A stretch of DNA of 64,000 nt. Source: an uncultured Alphaproteobacteria bacterium (GTDB taxonomy: Bacteria > Pseudomonadota > Alphaproteobacteria > CBDUZE01). Shown here in pieces: positions 1 to 9,526 of this stretch (position 1 is its first letter; each line of letters starts with the position of its first letter). The notes under the pieces were generated by a model. It saw nothing but the letters and a program-made list of their open reading frames with translations. It ran no database searches and was not told where the DNA came from. The stretch is taken from NCBI GenBank assembly GCA_965371625.1, contig CBDUZE010000002.1, positions 177,668 through 241,667 of the forward strand, written 5' to 3'. A program made the position numbers and the translations under genes.

Positions 1-56
1 GAGCCTCGTCCCGAGAATCGCCCTCGGCTTTGCCATTTTGAAAGAATCATCGAACG

Positions 57-1169
57 ATGACGATCCCGATAACGACACCATACTTCTCGGAAGCGAGCCG
101 CAAACGCATTCTCGAAGGCATCGATGAGATTCTGTCCTCCGGCCGACTCATGATGGGACCGTATACGGAGAAATTCGAGACCGCTTTCAAGGAGTTGGTC
201 GGCGCGCCGTATGCCCTGACCGTCAACACCTGCACCACGGCTCTACAGATCTGTCTACAGTTCGCCGACGTCGCGGAGAGCGAGGTTCTGGTGCCGAGCG
301 GCTCCTTCGTGACCGATATCAGCGTCGTGCGCTGGGCCGGCGGCAGGCCGGTGCTGGTGGACATGAACCCGGATACGCTGTCTTTCGATCTCGACGATCT
401 CGAGCGCAAGGTCACGGCCGACACAAAGGCCATCATTTGGGTCCACCTGACCGGACTGATTTCGGCCGACTACCCGGAGATCGTCGCCTTCGCAAAGGAG
501 CACAAACTGTTTCTCATCGAGGACTGCGCCCACGCCCATGGCGCCACCATCGACGGAAGACACGCGGGGTCCCTGGCCGACGCCGGCTGCTTCAGCTTCT
601 ATCCGACCAAGGTCATCACTTCGGGCACGGGGGGCATGATCACCACCGCCAACGCCGAGCTCGTGCACTACGCCAAGGAGGTCCGTCTGCTTGGACGTGA
701 CGCCGAAACGGGTGATACCGTGAGGGTCGGCAACGACTGGTTCATGGACGAGATCCGCGCCTGTGTGGGCTACCATCAACTGGATGAAATCGAAGAGAAT
801 CTGGCGCACCGGCGCGCTGTCGCGGCCCGTTACGATACGGCGCTCCGCAATCAGCCCGGCATGAGCTTGTTGTCGGTGCCCGAGAACGCGCAATCCGCCT
901 ATTACCAGTACCCCGTATTCTTGAGCTCGTCGATCGCGCGCGAACGACTGATTGCGGCGCTCAGGGAAAACCACGACGTGGTCGCCAAGCAGATCTATCT
1001 CCCGACGCACCAGGAAGCCATCTTCCAGGAGCTGGACGACGGCACGCTGAAGAAGACCGAGGAAACCATGTGTCGGGCGCTGTGCCTGCCGATGTCGGCG
1101 CGGATCACCCACCAGGAGATCGACAAGGTGGCCGACGCCCTGATCGCCGAGGTAAGAGCCCTGCTGTGA
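57..1169 (+). CDS. DegT/DnrJ/EryC1/StrS family PLP-dependent sugar aminotransferase
   Basis: 370-aa ORF. The N-terminus 'TTPYFSEASRKRILEGIDEILSSGRLMMGPYTEKFE' and the overall layout are typical of nucleotide-sugar aminotransferases. It is the first gene of the glycan cluster. The stop overlaps the next start (GTGA). Confidence 0.85.
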   Translation: MTIPITTPYFSEASRKRILEGIDEILSSGRLMMGPYTEKFETAFKELVGAPYALTVNTCTTALQICLQFADVAESEVLVPSGSFVTDISVVRWAGGRPVLVDMNPDTLSFDLDDLERKVTADTKAIIWVHLTGLISADYPEIVAFAKEHKLFLIEDCAHAHGATIDGRHAGSLADAGCFSFYPTKVITSGTGGMITTANAELVHYAKEVRLLGRDAETGDTVRVGNDWFMDEIRACVGYHQLDEIEENLAHRRAVAARYDTALRNQPGMSLLSVPENAQSAYYQYPVFLSSSIARERLIAALRENHDVVAKQIYLPTHQEAIFQELDDGTLKKTEETMCRALCLPMSARITHQEIDKVADALIAEVRALL

Positions 1170-2086
1170 CTGTGAGGCTGCTCGTCACGGGTGCCAATGG
1201 CTTCCTGGGCGCACGACTCATCGAGCGATTGATCGCCCGGGGCGAGGTTACGATCACCGCGACCTTCCGCCGTGGCAAGGATCGCCTGCCCCCGCCGGTG
1301 GACGGCAATCCGGTCTATCTGCGCTGCGACCTCGCCGACGGCGCCGAGGTGGTGCGCCTGTTTGCCGCGCGACCGGTCGACGCGGTGATCCACGCCGCCG
1401 CCCTGCCCGGGCGCGATGTCGACGACCTGCGGGCCGCGCTGCGCGACAACGTGGCGGCCCAGACCAACCTGGTACACCAGGCCTTGGCGCAGCGCTGCCG
1501 CCGCTTCATCTATTGCTCGACGATCAGCGTCTACGAAGGAACGGCAAGCGAGCGCGATGCGTTCTCCGAGGGGGACTCGGTGCACCCGTCGAGCGTCTAC
1601 GGCCACAGCAAGTACGCGGCCGAGCAGGTGCTCGCACTGGCGCTCGGAAACCAAACCTCGATGACCGGCGCCAGCCTCCGCCTGGCAGGAGTCCATGGGC
1701 CGGGTCGCGACAGCGGCGTCGTACACCACATGCTGCGGGCGGCCCTCGATGGCCGGCCGCTGGTTGTCGAGGAGCCCAGGAGCCGCTTTCGGATGCTGTT
1801 CGTGGACGATGCCGTCGAAGCGATGTTGTCGGCGCTCCGAGCCGGCGCATCCGGCACCTCGTCCTGCTACAACGTGGCCGGCAAAGAGATTCTTACGCTC
1901 GAGGAATTGGCGACAAAGGTCCTCGCGGTCAGCGGCTCGTCCAGTGCGATCGAGGTGCGGGACAACGGCCGCAGGCGCAACCAGGTGATGGATATCACGC
2001 GGATCGAAAGCGAGCTCGGCTTCCGTCCCCGACCCCTGGAGCACAACCTCGCGCACTACTGTCGCTATCTGAAGGCGGCGGCGTAG
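1166..2086 (+). CDS. NAD-dependent epimerase/dehydratase (SDR family, nucleotide-sugar modifying)
   Basis: Rossmann motif 'LLVTGANGFLGARLIERL' at the N-terminus. The likely GTG start at 1166 or 1172 overlaps the upstream stop. The track ORF starts earlier (1070) inside the previous gene. Confidence 0.8.
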   Translation: MTVRLLVTGANGFLGARLIERLIARGEVTITATFRRGKDRLPPPVDGNPVYLRCDLADGAEVVRLFAARPVDAVIHAAALPGRDVDDLRAALRDNVAAQTNLVHQALAQRCRRFIYCSTISVYEGTASERDAFSEGDSVHPSSVYGHSKYAAEQVLALALGNQTSMTGASLRLAGVHGPGRDSGVVHHMLRAALDGRPLVVEEPRSRFRMLFVDDAVEAMLSALRAGASGTSSCYNVAGKEILTLEELATKVLAVSGSSSAIEVRDNGRRRNQVMDITRIESELGFRPRPLEHNLAHYCRYLKAAA

Positions 2087-2148
2087 CGCTCCGAGGGTCG
2101 CGCCGCGTCCTCACATCACGGCTCGCGCCCCGCACCAGTCCAGGCTCG

Positions 2149-2847
2149 ATGATCGTCGCCATTCACCAGCCCAACTACCTGCCCTGGCTGGGGTACTTCC
2201 ACAAGATCGCGGTCGCCGATGTGCTGGTGTTCCTCGACGACGTCCAGTTCCCGAAGAACAGCTACACCAACCGGGTGCGCATACTGGCAGACGGCAAGGC
2301 GCGCTGGCTCACGGTGCCCGTTACGGTGCACCTCGGCGAGCCCATAAACCGCGTACGACCGGCGACAGGCGACTGGGCCACGCGCCACCGCGACACCGTG
2401 TTCGGCTGCTACCGCCGGGCTCGAGCGTTCCGCGAGGTGTGGCCGCGCATCGAAGAGATGCTCGTCGGAGCGCCCGAGGCCGACCTCGCCGCCATCAACC
2501 GCTACCTGGTGGAGGCCCTGGCCGCCGAGTTGGGGCTCGCGTGTCGCTTCCTGGCCTCGTCCGAGCTCGGCATCGAGGACCAGACCGGCGACCAACGATT
2601 GGTCGCGTTGGTGGCGGCCGTCGACCCCTCGGGCAGCTATCTCTCGGGCCGGGGCGGCGCCAAGTACCAGGACGAAGGCAGGTTCGCCGAGGCCGGGCTC
2701 GGGTTCCGCTATGCCGAGTTCGCGGATCGGAGCTACGACCAGGGTGGGGAGGGCTTCGTCGCCGGCCTTTCGGCCCTCGACGCGGTGATGCACCTGGGCT
2801 GGGCGGGCGCCGCGGAGCTGATCGCCGGCGCGCGGATGCGGCAGTGA
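2149..2847 (+). CDS. WbqC-like family protein (O-antigen cluster-associated)
   Basis: 'MIVAIHQPNYLPWLGYFHKIAVADVLVFLDDVQFPKNSYTNRVRI' is the hallmark N-terminus of the WbqC family. ATG at 2149. The upstream part of track ORF 1513..2847 is a GC-rich in-frame extension overlapping the epimerase. Confidence 0.75.
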   Translation: MIVAIHQPNYLPWLGYFHKIAVADVLVFLDDVQFPKNSYTNRVRILADGKARWLTVPVTVHLGEPINRVRPATGDWATRHRDTVFGCYRRARAFREVWPRIEEMLVGAPEADLAAINRYLVEALAAELGLACRFLASSELGIEDQTGDQRLVALVAAVDPSGSYLSGRGGAKYQDEGRFAEAGLGFRYAEFADRSYDQGGEGFVAGLSALDAVMHLGWAGAAELIAGARMRQ

Positions 2848-4064
2848 CGCAGGCACCGCTCCGCGTCCTGTGCCTGGACATCGAGGGCGGGCATGGCGGC
2901 TCGTCACGCAGTCTTCACGAGTCGCTGCGACACATGGATCGGAGCCGCGTCGCGCCCGAGGTGTGGTGCCGCCGGGGTGGCCGCATCGAGGCGCTCTACG
3001 CCGAGCTCGGCATCCCCTGCCGCGTCGAACCCGCGCTGCCGAAGGTCAGCTCGCTGCCGCGCATCTCCCGCAACCTGATCGCCTACGCCGGCGCGCTGCC
3101 GGGCTTCGTCGCCGGACGGCCGGCGCTGCAGGCCTTGGCCCGCGAGGTCAACGATCGCTTCGAGGTCGTGCACTTCAACCACGAGGGTTTCTGGCTCCTT
3201 GCGCGCTGGCTTAGACCGCGCGCGCCGGCCCGCCTCGTCATGCACATCCGCACCAATCTGTGGGACACAGCGTTCGCCCGCCGGCAAATCCGCAGCATAT
3301 CGCGCATCGTGGACCGCTTGGTGTTCATCACCGAGAATGAACGCGCGCACTTCCGGTCGCTGGGCGGGCGGGGGCAAGGGACGGTGATCTACAACATCGT
3401 CGCGCCGCCCCAAGAGGGACTCACGCAGCACGCCGATATCCCGCGCGACGAGCGCTTCAAGCTCGCCTGCCTGAGCACCTATACCTGGAACCGGGGGCTC
3501 GACCGGCTGGCCGACGTGGCGGCGGCGCTCGAGGCCGCCGGACGGAGCGATTTCCTGTTCGTGATGGCGGGCGACATGCGGCTCAGCCGCTCGCTCCCCG
3601 GCCGGCTCGGCGCCATAGGCCGGCGCGGTGGTAGCCTCGCGGACTATGTCGCCGAGCGTGGCCTCGCGGACTCGTTCCTGTTCCTGGGTCACGTGGCGCA
3701 GCCCGAGCGCGTGCTGGCGGGTTGTCAGGCGCTGGCCAAGCCCACGCGCGAGGACAATCCCTGGGGACGCGACGTGCTCGAGGCGCTGGCCTCCGGCAAG
3801 CCGGTGCTGTCGGTGGGCTCGTGGGAGATCTTCGTCGAGGACGGCGTGACGGGTTTCCTCAAGCCCAGCTTCGACGCCGGGGAATGGGCGCGTGCGCTGA
3901 TCCGTCTGGCCGACGATCCGGAGCGGCGCCGGGCGATGGCCGAGGCAGGCAAGGCGCGCGTCATGAGCCTTTGCCACGGGCCGTCGCGGGCGGCCGAGCT
4001 GGCCCAGGTATGGCAGTCCGCGGGGCGCGCGTCGGGCCAGAAGACCTCGGGTCGGGTCGGGTGA
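2844..4064 (+). CDS. Glycosyltransferase family 1/4
   Basis: GTG at 2844 overlaps the WbqC stop (GTGA). The C-terminal GT-B motif 'EDNPWGRDVLEALASGKPVLS...FVEDGVTGFL' is the E-x7-E retaining GT4 signature. Confidence 0.8.
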   Translation: MTQAPLRVLCLDIEGGHGGSSRSLHESLRHMDRSRVAPEVWCRRGGRIEALYAELGIPCRVEPALPKVSSLPRISRNLIAYAGALPGFVAGRPALQALAREVNDRFEVVHFNHEGFWLLARWLRPRAPARLVMHIRTNLWDTAFARRQIRSISRIVDRLVFITENERAHFRSLGGRGQGTVIYNIVAPPQEGLTQHADIPRDERFKLACLSTYTWNRGLDRLADVAAALEAAGRSDFLFVMAGDMRLSRSLPGRLGAIGRRGGSLADYVAERGLADSFLFLGHVAQPERVLAGCQALAKPTREDNPWGRDVLEALASGKPVLSVGSWEIFVEDGVTGFLKPSFDAGEWARALIRLADDPERRRAMAEAGKARVMSLCHGPSRAAELAQVWQSAGRASGQKTSGRVG

Positions 4065-4141
4065 GCGTCGTCGCGCCCTCGGACCCGGGGTCCACGCAAG
4101 GACCGGGCGGCAACGCCGGCGCGTTGCCTCGCGGTCGGGCG

Positions 4142-4798
4142 ATGCCGACGCTTCTCGCCCAGCTCAGGCACATGCGTGCCCGCCGCCGGGCGCTGAACCG
4201 GGCCTTCTCGGTCGCCTCCGAGTTCGCCGCACTGGAGGAGTCCTGCATCCCCTCTTACCTCCACCGCAACCCGGTCCTGGCCTATGGCGCATGGTGGCGG
4301 CTGTTCGCGGCGGTGCGCCTGGGGCTGAGCGCATCGCCGCCGGGCCCGGTGCTCGACTTCGGCGCCGCGGCGGGAGAGCTCCATCACCTCCTTCCCCAGG
4401 ACACCGAGTATTGCTTCGTCGAGCACGACGAGAGACTGGCGCGAGCCCTCGACGAGGCCGTCCCCGCGGCCCGCCGGCTCCGTCTCGAGACCCTCCCCGA
4501 AGCCCGGTTCGCAACCGTGTTCGCGCTCGATTCGCTCGAGCATAACCCTTACCGGGTGGAAATCTTGCGGCGCCTCAGAGAGACTCTTGGCCCCCGGGGC
4601 GTTCTTGTCGTATCGGGACCCACCGAGAACGTGCTCTATCGCTTGGGGCGCGGGGCAGCCGGTTTCCGCGGCCACGGCCACGAGGCCGATATTTACGCCA
4701 TAGAGGACGAGATCAGCCGTCTGTTCCAGAGGAGAAAGCTGGTCTCGGGTCCCTTTGGACTGCCCTTGTTTCGCATCTCCGTTTGGGGGAAAAACTAG
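4142..4798 (+). CDS. Class I SAM-dependent methyltransferase
   Basis: Motif I 'VLDFGAAAGEL', post-I 'FVEHD', motif II 'TVFALDSLEH' and motif III 'GPRGVLVV'. ATG at 4142. An alternative GTG at 4061 overlaps the GT stop. Confidence 0.6.
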   Translation: MPTLLAQLRHMRARRRALNRAFSVASEFAALEESCIPSYLHRNPVLAYGAWWRLFAAVRLGLSASPPGPVLDFGAAAGELHHLLPQDTEYCFVEHDERLARALDEAVPAARRLRLETLPEARFATVFALDSLEHNPYRVEILRRLRETLGPRGVLVVSGPTENVLYRLGRGAAGFRGHGHEADIYAIEDEISRLFQRRKLVSGPFGLPLFRISVWGKN

Positions 4799-4799
4799 C

Positions 4800-6044
4800 G
4801 TGAAGCTGAGCCAAGTCCCGTATCGGAGCGCCCTCTTTGTTGCGGTCGTGATTGCCGTGCTCGTACGCCTTTTGGTGTTTGTGTTCGCAATCTACAATCC
4901 AATTCCCGACGAAAAAGGGGCGCCGGTCTCTCCGACCCTGGTCACGTCTTCAGTCGATTTCGGTTTCTATAGCCAGGCTGTTGAGACCTATTTCGGAGGT
5001 AACACCGGAACGATTATTGAATCTTTGCGTTCCTTCTACCAAGATCCCCGGAAGAACGGTACAGGATATATCGCTCCAGCTCCGCTTTTTCCTCTTTTCA
5101 TCCTTGGTTTTCGTTACGAGAAAGGTAACACGCTACCTCTATCCATCTGTTACTTGATACTCTCATGCGTGTTCTGCTGGGCATGGCTGAAGTGGCTGGA
5201 TTCGAGACAGGTCTCGGGTCTCTGGTTAGGCCTTTTTGCCCTCGTTCCAAATCCGATCTGGTACATGCTGGTCGTCTCTTCCGATTTACTATTCGCGGCG
5301 CTGTTTTGCGGATTCTATCTCTACTATTTCAAGGTCAGCTGGTCGACTCGGGATATCCTGTTATGGCTATTCTTCGGGGCGGCTTTGTTGCTGACCCGTC
5401 CGAACGCGACCTCGATCGCGCTGTTCGTGGTTGCCGATATCATCAGGCGACGGTACAGAGGCTCTCGAATGGGGCTTCTGATGATTGGCGGGTTCATTCT
5501 CTTCTCGGCCATCATGGTGGTGTTCTTTTATCCCTACTTCATCGTCTTCGTGAATGCGTCCCAGAAGCTCCCGTACTTTGGTTACGCCCCGGCCGACTAC
5601 GTCTCGGGCATTTACGAGTCCTTGCCAACCTGGTTAGACCGCGTGCTATCCGGCCTCAGTCTGGTCTTCGCGAAGATCTTGTACGCCGTGGGACTGCGGC
5701 CCTCCTACGGCGACACGCCTTTCCATCTCGTGGTGTTGCGATCCGCCCTCGGGATCGTGCTCCTGCCCGGTCTGATCTACATCGCCGTCAAGGGGGATTG
5801 GGCTCACCGGCTGTTGGTGGGCCTGGCGCTCGTGCCGGTTCTGGTCGGCGCGTCGCAGGACCGATATCTTCTGTTCATTCAACCGGTCATCTTCTTCTTC
5901 GGGGTTAGGGCGTACGGAGCGACGTGGGCGCTGCTCAGAGACCGACCGGCGTTTCGGGCCGTTCGGGCGCTCGCGGGGAACCGCGACGGGCGACTGGGGG
6001 CCGAGCGAGCGCCGCCGGAAGACCACCGGCTAAACCGACCTTGA
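4800..6044 (+). CDS. Polytopic membrane protein (about 10-11 TM), Wzy/O-antigen polymerase- or ligase-like
   Basis: GTG at 4800 immediately after the upstream TAG. Very hydrophobic and low-GC (~50%) relative to flanks, as is typical for wzy/wzx genes. No soluble catalytic motifs. Confidence 0.5.
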   Translation: MKLSQVPYRSALFVAVVIAVLVRLLVFVFAIYNPIPDEKGAPVSPTLVTSSVDFGFYSQAVETYFGGNTGTIIESLRSFYQDPRKNGTGYIAPAPLFPLFILGFRYEKGNTLPLSICYLILSCVFCWAWLKWLDSRQVSGLWLGLFALVPNPIWYMLVVSSDLLFAALFCGFYLYYFKVSWSTRDILLWLFFGAALLLTRPNATSIALFVVADIIRRRYRGSRMGLLMIGGFILFSAIMVVFFYPYFIVFVNASQKLPYFGYAPADYVSGIYESLPTWLDRVLSGLSLVFAKILYAVGLRPSYGDTPFHLVVLRSALGIVLLPGLIYIAVKGDWAHRLLVGLALVPVLVGASQDRYLLFIQPVIFFFGVRAYGATWALLRDRPAFRAVRALAGNRDGRLGAERAPPEDHRLNRP

Positions 6045-6170
6045 CGGCGCGTCCGGCTTCGCAGGCGCCAACGCATGGTGTATCGTTTTCATGCCGGCTC
6101 TTGGCCGGTGGGCGGCGGCGAGGCCGCGGGGCGGTGAGCTCGCGCCGGCGATTAAGCGCCGCGGAGAGAT

Positions 6171-6902
6171 ATGAAAGACCAACGCAACGGATCGGCTTCC
6201 AGGGTTCTGGTCTTCGTCCCGACCTTGAACGACACGGAGCTCTTGGCCGAGATCGTGGTCGGCGTGAGGCGCCTGTCGAATCGCTACAGCGTGTTAGTGC
6301 TCGACGACGGCTCCCACGCCGCCCACCTACCGGCGCTCGAGGATCTCGACTGCCTGCTCTTCCGCCTGCCCGACAACCTCGGGCTCGGCGCCTGCACGAA
6401 CATCGCCTTCGACCACGCGCTCAGGCACGACTACGAGGCCGTGATCCGGATCGACGCCGACGGCCAGCACCCGATCGAGCGCATTCCTGAGCTGCTGGCG
6501 CCGCTGGAGAGGGATGAGGCGGACGTGGTGGCGGGCTGCCGGGTCAACCACAACTTGGGCACGGGCGCCTCGGCGCTGGCGCGTAGATTGATCAAGTCCT
6601 ACTTTGTCGGGGTGGCCAAGATACTCACCCGCGGCAGGGCGCCAAGCGACCTCAACACCGGCTTCTTCGCCATGAACCGGCGCGCCGTCGCGACCATCAA
6701 TCAGCACCAGCTCGAGCGCTTTCCCGAACCCCAGCTTTATATTCTGGCCTGCCGCGAGCAGCTGCGGGTGACCGAGGTCCCGATAGAGCAGGTCGAGCGC
6801 AAGTTCGGCTCTTCCACGCTGAACCTGGCCCAGGCGGCGGCGATGTTCTACCGCTTCAACATGTTCGTTCTGGGCGAGCTGTTGCATGGCTCGCGCCGAT
6901 GA
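6171..6902 (+). CDS. Glycosyltransferase family 2 (DPM/DPG-synthase-like)
   Basis: 'VLVFVPTLNDTELLAEIVVG...VLVLDDGSHAA' carries the GT-A DxD-type N-terminus. RBS 'ggagag' before ATG 6171. Confidence 0.8.
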   Translation: MKDQRNGSASRVLVFVPTLNDTELLAEIVVGVRRLSNRYSVLVLDDGSHAAHLPALEDLDCLLFRLPDNLGLGACTNIAFDHALRHDYEAVIRIDADGQHPIERIPELLAPLERDEADVVAGCRVNHNLGTGASALARRLIKSYFVGVAKILTRGRAPSDLNTGFFAMNRRAVATINQHQLERFPEPQLYILACREQLRVTEVPIEQVERKFGSSTLNLAQAAAMFYRFNMFVLGELLHGSRR

Positions 6903-7273
6903 TCAAGCTGGCGATCATCCTGTTCCTGGCGCTGGCCCTGGTAATGCTGGTGCGGCGCGGCCTGATCCAGGTGGACCTCTCGTTTCCCTGGTTCCTGGCG
7001 ATCGTCGTTCTCGGCCTGCTCAGCACCCAGGAGACCTTCGTCGGTTGGATGGCGGCGCGGCTCGGCATCCTCTATGCGCCGATCGCCATCGTCTTCGTCA
7101 CCATCTTCATGCTCCTTGGGCTGGTGACCGCGCTGCTGGTCGGGCTCACCCGGCTCAGGCGCCGTCAGATACAGATCGTGCGCTATCTCGCCGCCCTGGA
7201 GCTCGCGGGTCAGGAAGCCGCGGGCTCGGGGCGCGGCCCGGGCGCTCAGCGGCCCGCCAACAAGGCGCGATAG
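6899..7273 (+). CDS. Small membrane protein, DUF2304-like partner of the GT2
   Basis: 124 aa with 3-4 TM segments ('MIKLAIILFLALALVMLV', 'FLAIVVLGLLS', 'IAIVFVTIFMLLGLVTALLVGL'). Its start is coupled (ATGA) to the GT2 stop. Confidence 0.5.
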   Translation: MIKLAIILFLALALVMLVRRGLIQVDLSFPWFLAIVVLGLLSTQETFVGWMAARLGILYAPIAIVFVTIFMLLGLVTALLVGLTRLRRRQIQIVRYLAALELAGQEAAGSGRGPGAQRPANKAR

Positions 7274-8397
7274 ACCTCGAGCGTCGCCGTCACCACCCGG
7301 TCCTCGGAGAAGCCGGCCTCGACCAGCTCCCGCCCGCGGTCGCCCATCCGCCGGCGCAGGGCCGGATCCTCGATCAGCCGAGCGAGCGCCGCCGCCAGCA
7401 CCTCGACGTCGCCGGGTGGCACCAACAAGCCGTTCTCGCCCTCGCGGGTGATCTCGCGGCAGCCCGGGATGTCGCTGGCGACGATCGGGCGGCCGCAGGC
7501 GGCGGCCTCGATCAGCACCTTGGGCACCCCTTCGCCATAGGTCGAGGGCAGGCAGACGACATGCGCCCCGGCGAACACCCGGGCCATGTCGGTGCGCCGC
7601 CCCCACCATTCCACCCCCCCTTCCCGCGACCATTTCTCGAGCGTCGGCTCCGGCACCGCGCGCGGGTTGCTGGCCTTGCTGTCGCCGATGAGGGCGAAGC
7701 GGGCCTCCACCCCTCGGGCGCGCAGCAGCCGCGCCGCCGCAACGAACTCGGCCACCCCCTTCTCCCAGATCATACGGGCGGGCAGGATGACGAGCGGCGG
7801 GCCGGCGGGCTCGGGGGAGGGCGCGAAGGCGCTCAAGGAAACGCCGGAGCCGCGGATCAGCACCATGCGCTCCGGCTTGACCGCGCCGCTCCGCGCCAGG
7901 GTCTCCATGTCGCCGGCGTTCTGGACGATGACCCGGCCGTTGGGATGGCCGGTGGCGATCCGGTAGGCCATGACCGCGAGCCGGCGCAAGAGCCCCGCGC
8001 CAGCGCCCGTGGAGACGAAGACCTGCCCCAGACCGGTCACCGCCGCCACCACCCCCGGCACGCCGAGCAGCCGCGCCGCCAAGCCACCATAGAGCAGCGG
8101 CTTGATGGTGAGCAGGTGCACGAGCTCGGGGCGCAGCCCGCGCATCAGGCGCCAGAGCGCGATCAGCGTCCTCACCTCCTGCCACGGGTTGGTGCCGCGG
8201 CGCGACAGCGGAATGGGGTGGAAGGCGAAGCCGGCGTCGCTGAGCGCCTGGACCGTGAAGCCTTCGGGCGCCCAGACGTGATCCTCGGGCGCTGCCACGT
8301 GGACCTGATAGCCCGCGGCGCGCGCCGCCCGGGCGATGGGCAGCCGATGCGACATGAAGAAGTAGGACTCGTTGACGATGTAGAGCAGCTTCGCCAT
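7246..8397 (-). CDS. Glycosyltransferase family 1/4
   Basis: Start ATG 'MAKLLYIVNESYFFMSHRLPIA' at 8397. GT-B C-terminal motif 'STYGEGVPKVLIEAAACGRPIVASD...GENGLLV'. The 5' part of the track ORF (to 9069) is a GC-rich extension. Confidence 0.8.
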   Translation of the reverse strand: MAKLLYIVNESYFFMSHRLPIARAARAAGYQVHVAAPEDHVWAPEGFTVQALSDAGFAFHPIPLSRRGTNPWQEVRTLIALWRLMRGLRPELVHLLTIKPLLYGGLAARLLGVPGVVAAVTGLGQVFVSTGAGAGLLRRLAVMAYRIATGHPNGRVIVQNAGDMETLARSGAVKPERMVLIRGSGVSLSAFAPSPEPAGPPLVILPARMIWEKGVAEFVAAARLLRARGVEARFALIGDSKASNPRAVPEPTLEKWSREGGVEWWGRRTDMARVFAGAHVVCLPSTYGEGVPKVLIEAAACGRPIVASDIPGCREITREGENGLLVPPGDVEVLAAALARLIEDPALRRRMGDRGRELVEAGFSEDRVVTATLEVYRALLAGR

Positions 8398-8423
8398 CTC
8401 GCCCCCGCGCGCCGAGCCCCGCC

Positions 8424-9500
8424 TCAACCGAGCAGCAAGCGAGAGAAGCTCGGCGCCACGCGCTCGAGCTCGAAGCGCGCCGGCAGCAGGCTCTGCCGCG
8501 GCCGCGAGACCGCTGCCGGCGCCACCCGGGCCATCGCCTGGACGAAGGCCTCGCCGGCCTCGGCCAGCGTCACCGCCCCTTCGGGCGCCGCCGCGGCGAC
8601 CTCGGCGATGCCGCCGGCTTCCGGCGTGGCGATCACCGGCGTGCCGCAGGCCAGCGCCTCGAGCGCCGCGTTGGGCATGCCTTCCCAGCGCGACGGCAGG
8701 AGGAAGGCGTCGGCGCCCGCGTAGGCCGCCCAGGGCGCCGCCACGAAGCCGGCGAAGGTGAGGCGATCGCGAAGCCCGAGCGCCGCCGCGCGACGCCTCA
8801 GGGGCTCGAGCTCGGGACCGTCGCCGAGGATGGTCAGGCAGGGCTCGCCGGCCAGGCCGGCGAACATCCCGAGCAGGCGATCGAACCCCTTCTGCCGCGA
8901 GAGCTTGCCGGCGGCGACGAAGCGGGGCCCCTCTCCCGCGACCCGCTGGGGCGAGCGGGCAGACTGGCGCAGCGCCGCGACGTCGACCGGATTGGCGAGA
9001 TAGGCGATCGATTGGGGCGCCACCGCGAAGTCCCGCACCAGCTCTTGGCCCATCAACCGCGACTGGCAAACGATGGTGTCGGCGCGGCGATAGAGCAGCC
9101 GGTAACCCAGGCGAAGCACCCCGCCATAGGCCAGATCGGGCAGGCTCTTGGACGGCGTGTTGGGCTCACGAATGACCACGCGGAGAGGCCCGGGCAGCAG
9201 TGGCTTCATGGCCAGGAGCGCCAGGTTGGCGTGGCCCATGGTGGCGCACACCACGTCGGGCGCAAGCCGCCGCAAGGTACGATAAAGCGCCGGCAGGGCG
9301 GCGCGCAGACGGCGGCGGCCGAGATCGTGGAGCGGCACGTCCTCGGGCAGGGCCGCGGCCAACGGGCCGCTGGTGTCGAACACCACGAGCTCGGGCGCGA
9401 TGCGCTCGCCGTCCACGGCGCCCGCCAGGGTCAGGAGCACGCGCTGGGCGCCGCCCCCGCTCAGCGAATGCAGCACGAAGACGACGCGAAGTTTGCTCAT
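8424..9500 (-). CDS. Glycosyltransferase family 4
   Basis: ATG 'MSKLRVVFVLHSLSGGGAQRVLLTLA' at 9500. GT-B C-terminus 'SRWEGMPNAALEALACGTPVIAT'. Confidence 0.8.
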   Translation of the reverse strand: MSKLRVVFVLHSLSGGGAQRVLLTLAGAVDGERIAPELVVFDTSGPLAAALPEDVPLHDLGRRRLRAALPALYRTLRRLAPDVVCATMGHANLALLAMKPLLPGPLRVVIREPNTPSKSLPDLAYGGVLRLGYRLLYRRADTIVCQSRLMGQELVRDFAVAPQSIAYLANPVDVAALRQSARSPQRVAGEGPRFVAAGKLSRQKGFDRLLGMFAGLAGEPCLTILGDGPELEPLRRRAAALGLRDRLTFAGFVAAPWAAYAGADAFLLPSRWEGMPNAALEALACGTPVIATPEAGGIAEVAAAAPEGAVTLAEAGEAFVQAMARVAPAAVSRPRQSLLPARFELERVAPSFSRLLLG

Positions 9501-9526
9501 TCGCGCCGCCAACGACCATGAGCCAT

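Noticed and set aside
995-2056. Long antisense and alternative-frame ORFs throughout the window. Examples are 995..2056-, 2904..3977-, 6848..8185-, 6886..8724+, 10638..11882+, 10690..12114-, 24093..25763+, 27934..29574+, 31231..32358-, 33811..35832-, 34242..36005+, 55380..57089+ and 59581..61141-.
   Set aside because: These are GC-rich shadow ORFs opposite or overlapping well-supported genes. They have Arg/Ala/Pro/Gly-dominated low-complexity translations and no motifs.
1513-2847. 444-aa track ORF suggesting a fused epimerase-WbqC protein. Similar N-terminal extensions appear in 2439..4064, 3722..4798, 7246..9069 and 19234..20331.
   Set aside because: The upstream parts overlap the preceding real genes and lack sequence features. 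Internal ATG/GTG starts with coupled stop/start overlaps give proteins of canonical length. The track also renders GTG/TTG as M.
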